Shown one piece after another: positions 9,666 to 17,400 of a stretch of DNA of 64,000 nucleotides. A model generated the notes under the pieces. It made no database searches, had not been told where the DNA came from, and worked only from the letters and a program-made list of their open reading frames with translations. The translations under genes and the position numbers were made by a program. The DNA lies in the IMG/VR virus record IMGVR_UViG_3300033072_000249, positions 20,997 through 84,996 of that record, one strand, 5' to 3'. Source of the DNA: a virus. Taxonomy: Duplodnaviria > Caudoviricetes. Each line of letters begins with the position of its first letter. Position 1 is the first letter of the stretch.

Positions 9666-11435
9666 ATGGGACTCGGAGCACTCGGAGCAATCGCTGGCGG
9701 CATCAACCGCGGCATGGACTGGGCCCAGCGGGACCAGGAGATCGAAGACCAACGCAAATTCCGCGAGGAGGACCGCGAGTACCAGCGGGGCATTCGCGGC
9801 TTCCAGCAGAAGCAGCAACAGCGGCAGACCGACCAGTGGGCCAAGGATGACCAGTTCCAGCAGGACCAGGCTGCCATCCCGAATGTGGGCGCCGTTAAGG
9901 CAATCAAAGACACGGACCTCGGCCCCGAGCAGGTCAAGCAAACCGAGTCTGGATACGCTCGAGATCTCGGCAATGCGCTGAAGAAAAAAGGCGACACCGA
10001 GGGCGCGCTGAAGAGTTGGAAGTGGGCCGATGAGGCTGCATCCAAGGCTGCCGCCAACGCCGTCATCGGCCGCCTGTCTGGCCTTCCTCGCAGTGGTGCA
10101 GACCTGCAGCGTCTTGTCCAAGAGATTGGCGCTGGCGTGGATGCCGACGAGAGCCCGGTGGGCATCGACTACAAGAACGTCCGCAAGAACCCGGACGGCA
10201 GCGTCACCGTGCGTGCGTTCAACAAGAACAGTGGCTTTGGCGACGACATCACCGTTAACTCCATCGACGACCTCAAGGAGAAGATGACCTGGCACTACGC
10301 GCCGGACTATGCGCGCGCCCAGGCGGCAGAGCGCGCCAAGCAGCAGGCCGAGATCGCCAAGGAGAACATCAAGCCCATCAACACCCCAGCCGGCGGCGTG
10401 ACCACGCTGCGCAATCCGGATGGCTCGGTGCGCGAAACGATTCGCAACACCAATGGCTTGATCAACATGGGCACCGACGAGAACCCGCAGTGGGTGCGGC
10501 CCGGCGCGTCTGGCACTGGCGCCAGCTCCAGCACAGGCAAGGGTGCCAAGGTTGACGACCCCGTCAAGAATGCGGCCGACATCGTTCGTGAGCAGGCAAC
10601 CAAGGGCAGTGCTCCGCTGAACTCGACGCAGATCTCTGACGCTGAGCTTCGTGCCGCTCAGATTGCCGCCCGCGGCGTCCCAGCGTATGTGGCGGCCAAC
10701 GTGGCCATCAAGGTTGCACAAGACCCGACGCTGCTCAAGCCGCGCCTCGACCCAAGGACCGGCCTCATCGAGAACGTCTACGAAGACGGTGCCGTCGGCC
10801 AGGTGGTGGTTGATCGCGACGTCGCGACCGCCCGCAACCCGAAAGGCATGACGAAGGATCAGTTGCAGGGCTTCGCCAAGCAGGTGGTCACCAGCGTCAG
10901 CAACCCTGAGGCCCAGAAGAACCTGGTCGCCGCAGCGTTCGATCCTGAAGCTCGCCGCAAGGTTGAAGACCAGCTGACCGCTGAGATCGGTAAGCAGTTC
11001 GACCAGATGCTGCAGGCCAACCCGAACGCCAAGGCATCCATTGATGCTCAGCGCAACGCGACCGTGAAGAGCTCGCTCGAGGCCCTGGGCCGAAAGCTGG
11101 ACCTGATCAACGGCCACTACCCCAAGCCGCAGGTCAGCAACCCGACGCCAAAGGTCGACACCACGCGCGGCAGCGTTGGTGGCATCAACCCCAGCCGCTT
11201 CGCCGGCAAGTCGCCTCGCGAGATCGATCAGATGGTGGCGCAGGAGTCTCGAGATTTCCGTGCGCAGAACAAGCGGATGGTGCTCGATTCGGCCGCCGCC
11301 GCGCGCGACCCGGACATCATTCGACTCAACGCCGAGAAGGAAGCTGCACTGCGCGCTGGCAAGCCAGTCATCGCCAACGCGAAGATCGAAGAGATCAAGA
11401 AGATCCAGGCCGAGCGCCACATGGTTCAGCGATAA
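9666..11435 (+). CDS. internal virion / ejection protein
   Basis: 589 aa; MGLGALGAIAGG N-terminus followed by a charged helical region; position in the operon. Confidence 0.7.
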   Translation: MGLGALGAIAGGINRGMDWAQRDQEIEDQRKFREEDREYQRGIRGFQQKQQQRQTDQWAKDDQFQQDQAAIPNVGAVKAIKDTDLGPEQVKQTESGYARDLGNALKKKGDTEGALKSWKWADEAASKAAANAVIGRLSGLPRSGADLQRLVQEIGAGVDADESPVGIDYKNVRKNPDGSVTVRAFNKNSGFGDDITVNSIDDLKEKMTWHYAPDYARAQAAERAKQQAEIAKENIKPINTPAGGVTTLRNPDGSVRETIRNTNGLINMGTDENPQWVRPGASGTGASSSTGKGAKVDDPVKNAADIVREQATKGSAPLNSTQISDAELRAAQIAARGVPAYVAANVAIKVAQDPTLLKPRLDPRTGLIENVYEDGAVGQVVVDRDVATARNPKGMTKDQLQGFAKQVVTSVSNPEAQKNLVAAAFDPEARRKVEDQLTAEIGKQFDQMLQANPNAKASIDAQRNATVKSSLEALGRKLDLINGHYPKPQVSNPTPKVDTTRGSVGGINPSRFAGKSPREIDQMVAQESRDFRAQNKRMVLDSAAAARDPDIIRLNAEKEAALRAGKPVIANAKIEEIKKIQAERHMVQR

Positions 11436-11444
11436 TCACCGCAT

Positions 11445-14400
11445 ATGTACGAAGACCTGATCGTCCCCGCCGGCGGATCGTTGCCGGCCACCACCAGTCC
11501 ATCGGCAAACCCTGCACCGGCCGGCGGCAACGTCGAGTCTTTCGTGCAGACCTATTTGCCTTTGGCTCAGAAGGTTTCCGAGAAGACTGGTGTGGCCCCC
11601 GAGTCGCTGCTGGGGCAGTGGGGTCTCGAGACCGGATGGGGTAAGAGCGTCATCCCTGGCACCAACAACCTGGGCAACATCAAGGATGTGACCCGCAAGG
11701 GGCCGGTGGCGGTTGACAACATGACGAAGTCGTCTGACTCGTACATGGCATTCGAGACCCCCGATCAGTTCGGCGACCACTACGTCGGTCTGCTGGGTCG
11801 CCGCTACAAGACCGCAATGGGTGCTGGCGATGACTCGCAGAAGTTCTTCACCGAGCTCAAGCGCAGCGGCTACGCCGAAGACCCGGGCTACATCCAGAAG
11901 GGTGTGAACGCCGCCAACATGGTGGCAAAGGTGCTGGGCGGCGAGGGCCGCCAGATGACCACTGTTCGCGATCCGCAGGCTGCCGCACCAGCGCCTGGTG
12001 GCGAATACTTCATGCCCCAGCGCGGCGTGTATGCCGACCTGATCGTGCCACCCGAGCCTCGCTCGTTTGGCGAGGCCGCTGCTGATACAGCCCTCGGCGC
12101 CGCATCCGGCGTGGTGCAGGGCGTGGGCCTGCTGGCCAATGTGGCAGGCGCAGATAACCCTGTGTCCCGTGGTGCCAGCGAGATCTCACAGAGCCTGATG
12201 GGCATGCAGTCTCCGCAGCGCCAGGCCGAGCGCGCCGCTCGCGCCGACACCATCCGCGCAGCCGAGGAAACGGGCAGCACCTGGGAGGAGATCAAGGCCA
12301 ACGTGGGCGGCTTCCTTGAGGCCCCCGTCGAGACCACACTCAATGCCCTGGGCACCAGCGCCCCGACCATCCTGACCGCATTCATTCCCGGCCTGGGCCA
12401 AGCTGGCGCTGCACGCCTGATTCTGCAGGGTGCGCTGGGTGCCGCCCAGGGCGCTGGCGCGGTGAAGGGATCGATCTACGAGTCGGTGGAGCGCAAGCTG
12501 GTCGAGAGTGGCCTGTCGAAAGATGAGGCAGCCAAGATCGCTGCCGGCGCGCAAGCCTACGACAGCGAGAACGGTGGCAACATCGCGGCCGGCGCCATCC
12601 TCGGAGCTGCCGCGGGCACGACCGGTATCGAGGCGATGCTCAGCAAAGCGATGGGTGGCAACGCTGCAGCTCGTGGCTTGTTGGCTCGCGCCGGCATTGG
12701 CGTCGCAACGGAGGCCCCCGTCGAAGGCGCTCAAGGCGGGCAGGAGCGCTACGCCTCCAACGTCGCCCTACAGAACGAGGGGTTCGATGTCCCCACCTTC
12801 CAGGGCGTTGCAGGCCAGGCCGCCGGTGAGGCCGTCGCCAGCGCACCTGGTGGCGCCGCATTCGGCGCGCTCACACCGCCGGGCCCTGTGCCTGCGCCGA
12901 TCCCGCCCGAGCTGCAGCCGGTTGCAGACAAGGCCGCCGAACCCAACAGCCCACTGTCCAAGGCCGCCATGGCCGGCGTGCAGACCGGCGCCGCTCAGGC
13001 TGCATTGCAGCCTGCAGCGCCCCAGGTGGACCCGATGCAGCGCCTGGCCGAGCTCGAGGCCATCGGCAAAGACAAGCCGGCGCAACAGGTCACCGACGAA
13101 GCAGGCAACCCGCTGACCGCCCCTGGCGAGCGCGGCCGCTTCTTCACCGCCGAAGAGAAGGCTGAATACGACCAGCTCAAGGCCCTGCGTGACTCAACCC
13201 CCGGCATGACGCCGGAGGATCGCGACCAAGTCCAGCAGGCTGAAGTCTCGCAGCGCGACGAGATCCTGGAGCGCGTGACCGAGATCCGTGAGCTGCTGCG
13301 CGTGCCTGGCGCGCTGGATAGCCTGCGCGCCGAGGGCGCACCCACCACGGTGCAGAAATTCCTGGGCGACCTGGCTACCGCCGCCAGCAAGTCCGCATCG
13401 CCCGCTGTGCGTGAGCAGGCCCTGAACCGCGCCGAGATGGCGGCCGAGGTCGCCGGCCTGCAGCTGCAGCGCCGCGACGACATGCCGCGCTCGCAGACCA
13501 ATGAGCGGACTGGCCCGCCCACCCGGGCAGACCAGGCTGCCGGCATGGTGACATCCACGGCAGGCATCTCGGCCGATGAGCGCGTCGAGGCGCTGCAGGC
13601 CATCGCAGCCTACCGCAATCCCAACCTGCCCGCCGGCACGCGCCAGGCCGCGCTGAATCGCGCGCTGGAGATCGTTGGCCGCGCCCAGGCTCCCCGGGGT
13701 ACGCCGTCCGATCGTCAGACGCCGGCAGTCCTGGACGAGATCCCGCCGCAGCCCAACACGCCCGAGTGGTTCGAGGCTGAGGCCAAGCGTCGCGAGGAGG
13801 GCGCATGGCAGTTCCGCCAGCTTGGCTACGACGACGAGGCCGACGCGCTGCTGGCAGAGATTGACCCGCTGCTCGAGGCCGCCGCGTCCGCGCGCGCTGG
13901 AGAGCTCGGCATGGAGGACTCGGCGGCCGAGGGTGATGGCATTGCTTCGCCCGTTGCGCAACAAACAGTTGACCAGGCAACCGCCGGTTTGCCGCGCGCA
14001 CCAATTGCCCCTGAGGATGTCAGTCGCCCAGCAGAAGAGCGCACCGCCGCGCGCCGCAAGCGCCGTGGCCAGTTCCGCCAGCTCGCCGACCTGGGCTTCG
14101 AGACCGTGGAGCGTGATGGCGACGGCTTCGTGCTGCGCAACGCTAAGACGGGTCAGGCGGTGACCCTGGAGTCTGCGGCTGATGCGCAGCTGGCACGCAT
14201 GGCCATCAAGGACGCCGTCGATGCCAAGGCCCACACCGCGGCAGCGAGCCCGCTGAACGATCGCAAGGAGCCCACCGAGGGTCAGATCCGCGCCGGCAAC
14301 TACAAGAAGTCGGACGTGATCGAGATGAACGGCGTCAAGGTCGTCATCGAGAACCCGCGCGGCAGCGTGCGCCGTGGCGTGGGCGCTGATGGCAAGCCTT

Positions 14401-17400
14401 GGGAAACCGAGATGAAGCACCACTACGGCGAGATCGTCGGCACCGAGGGTGCTGATGGCGACCGCGTGGATGTTTTCATCGGTAGCCGCCCGGACAGCAA
14501 CCGCATCTTCATCGTCGACCAGGTCAACGAGGATGGCTCGTTCGATGAGCACAAGGTGGTGTTCGGCGCCACCAGCGAGGCTGACGCGCGAAAGACCTAC
14601 CTCGACAACTACGAGAAGGGCTGGACTGGCCTGGGTTCCATCAAGGAGATGGCTCAGCCCGACTTTGTCCAGTGGGTCAAGTCTCGTGCCGCGAAGAAGC
14701 CCGCATCCGAGAGTGAGATCGGCACCTTCACGGTCACCAGCGACGGCAAGACCTACACACTGCGTTCCGTCGCCGTGGATGGCATGCCAGCTGCCGCCGA
14801 CTCGGCTGCGCGCGGCGAGCGCGGCCAGCGCATCACCAAGAACCAGGCACTCCTGCTCAAGGGTCTGGCCGGCTTCTTCGGCAAGGACGTGGTCTTCTTC
14901 TCCGACCCGGAGAACAAGGTCAACGCCGACGGCTTCATCAAGCCCGGCGACAACGTCACGCTCTACATCAACGAGCGTTCCGGCATTTCGCCGCTGGCAG
15001 TGTTCGGCCACGAGCTGATGCACCTGCTGAAGCTCGATAACCCTGTGGCCTATGCCGCCATCGAGAAGGTGGTGCGCGATCGCGTGGCAGACCCCAAGGG
15101 TTTCCGCGCCGACTACGAAGGCAAGAAGCGCGACGACGCCAAGGATGGCGACCTCAGCTCTGCCGAGCTCGAGGAGCTGATCAGCGACCTCAACGGCAAC
15201 CTGATGGGCGACGCTGCATTCTGGAAGTCGGTGTTCGATGAGATCCAGGGCGCCGCCGGCAAGGAAGCCAAGGGCATCATCGCCCAGCTGCAGGCATTCC
15301 TGCAGCGCATGCTGGACGGCGCGGTTGCCGCGTTCAAGGGTCAGCCCACCTTCAAGGCTGACGGCTTCATCAAGGACGCCGACGCTGTGCGCGCCGCGTT
15401 CCGCACAGGCCTGGCGCAGTGGGCTCAGTCCCAGGGCATCACCAAGGCGGCCATGCAGGGTGAGCTCCTGCGCGCCGAGAAGAAGCTGGGCGACGTCAAG
15501 AAGTCGACGCCTCGGCCGACCGATGGCCTCACGGTCACCGGCTACCACTTCAGCAAGCAGCCGCGCACGCTGCTGACCACGGGCTTCTTCGGCACCGGCC
15601 TGCAGGGCAGCGACCGCGAGCAGATCATGGCTCACCCGGATCGCCGCCTGCGTGAGCGCCTGTCGTTCTATGCGAACAAGGGCACCGGCGTGCGCCCCGA
15701 GTCTGGTGTTGGCGGCATCGCCCACAAGGCCGAGCTCACCAACATCTACGACTCCGACGCCGACATGAAGCGCCTGAAGGAAGGGCGCGATCGCCGCGGC
15801 TTCGAGTCGGCTGTGATCAACGTCGGCTACTCGGGCTACCTGTCCCGCCTCGAGGGCAGCCAGCCAGCCCAGGTGATCCTGCTGGGCCGCCAGACCGTCA
15901 CCCCTGAGGTGCTGGGCCCTCGCAACCAGATCGACGACGCACCGCTGGTGCCGGCGAAGCAGCAGCGCCCGATGAACCTGGGCGACAAGATCCTGGCCAA
16001 CAAAGCCCTGCCGGCCGGCAAGATGCCGCCGCAGACCTGGGCCAAGATCCTGATGGCCACCATGCCCGAGGAGGCAGCCCAGCTGCTGGACGTCGGCGCC
16101 CTGGGCACCAAGGACGTCTACAAGGACGAGCTGGTCCGCATGATCCGCGAGGCCAGTGGCGACATCAAGAAGTCCGCCGCCCGCGCCAAGAGCGAATTCG
16201 CCGAGGTCGAGGCCAAGTACAAGGACACCGACCAGTGGCTCAAGGCTCCGAACGGCGCCAAGACCAACCTGAACCAGCGCCAGTGGGTGCAGGTCCGCAC
16301 ACCGGCGTTCAAGAAGTGGTTCGGCGACTGGGAGGCCGCGGCCGCCAAGGGCGGCGTGTGGGCCAGCAACGACGTCTCCAAGGCGGTCGACGAGAACGGC
16401 GAGCCGCTGGTGGTCTACCACGGCACCGACAAGGGTGGCTTCTCGGAGTTCAAGGAGCCCGGTGGCACGAAGCGCGGCGACCTCGGCATCTTCACCACGC
16501 CGAATCGGTGGATGGCATCCAGCTACGTCCGCAAAGGTCGAGCGGGAGCTATCACAGAAGACAAGCTGCAGCCACAGGATGCCGAGATCAAGGATCTCGG
16601 GTTCTCGTTGCCAAATGGAAACCGCTGGGTTCTGAGTCTCGATGGAGGCAAGCGTCAGTCCTACTACGAGACCGAGGAGGCTGCACAAGACGCGCTCGAG
16701 TCGATGGGTGGCGAAAAGACGTCTGGCGTCTACGCCCTGTTCCTCAACATCCGCGACCCGAACGAGTCTGACTTCGAGGGCGCACTGTGGAGTGGTGAGC
16801 GGCCGGACCAATACCAGGTCCGCAACGAGGATGGCGAGAACATCGAGTGGGATGGTCGAATCTACTTCGACCTCGAGACTGCGCAGCGCCTGGCCGACGA
16901 GAACGAGGGCGCCGAGGTGGAGCCGGCCGACGACCGCTTCGAGACCACCGACGATGTGGTCAAGGACGCCCGCCGCTATGATAACGACGGCGCCATTATT
17001 CGCAACGTCATCGACGATGGCGGTGGCGGTGGCGGCTACGACCTTGAGCCCAGCGACGTCTTCGTTGCCCTTGATCCAAGCCAGCTGAAGAGCGCCGACT
17101 TCAACGGCGGCGAGTTCAGCGCAGACAGCGACGACATCCGCAAGAGCGAGAAGCGCGAGTACAAGCTGGACATTGAGCGCGAGAGCCGCGTCAAAAGCAA
17201 GGCTGTCCGCATGCTCCCGGAAGAGCTGGCAGCGATCGACGCCGACGCCAAGAAGCTGGGCCTGTCAACTGTTCAGGTCAAGTCCATCATCGACAGCGCC
17301 AAGGCAACCAAGCGTCAGTACCCCGCCTCCGAGGGTTGGGCTCCGATCTCTGTTGTCGGTGTCAACGTCAAGAAAGACGACGACGGAAACCAGATTGCTG

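Noticed and set aside
13194-16811. 1205-aa minus-strand ORF (also 29130-32075, 9630-11420, 8137-9690, 19122-20237, 772-2058)
   Set aside because: Antisense shadows of GC3-rich plus-strand genes: V/G/L/R/D-biased, no motifs, no RBS
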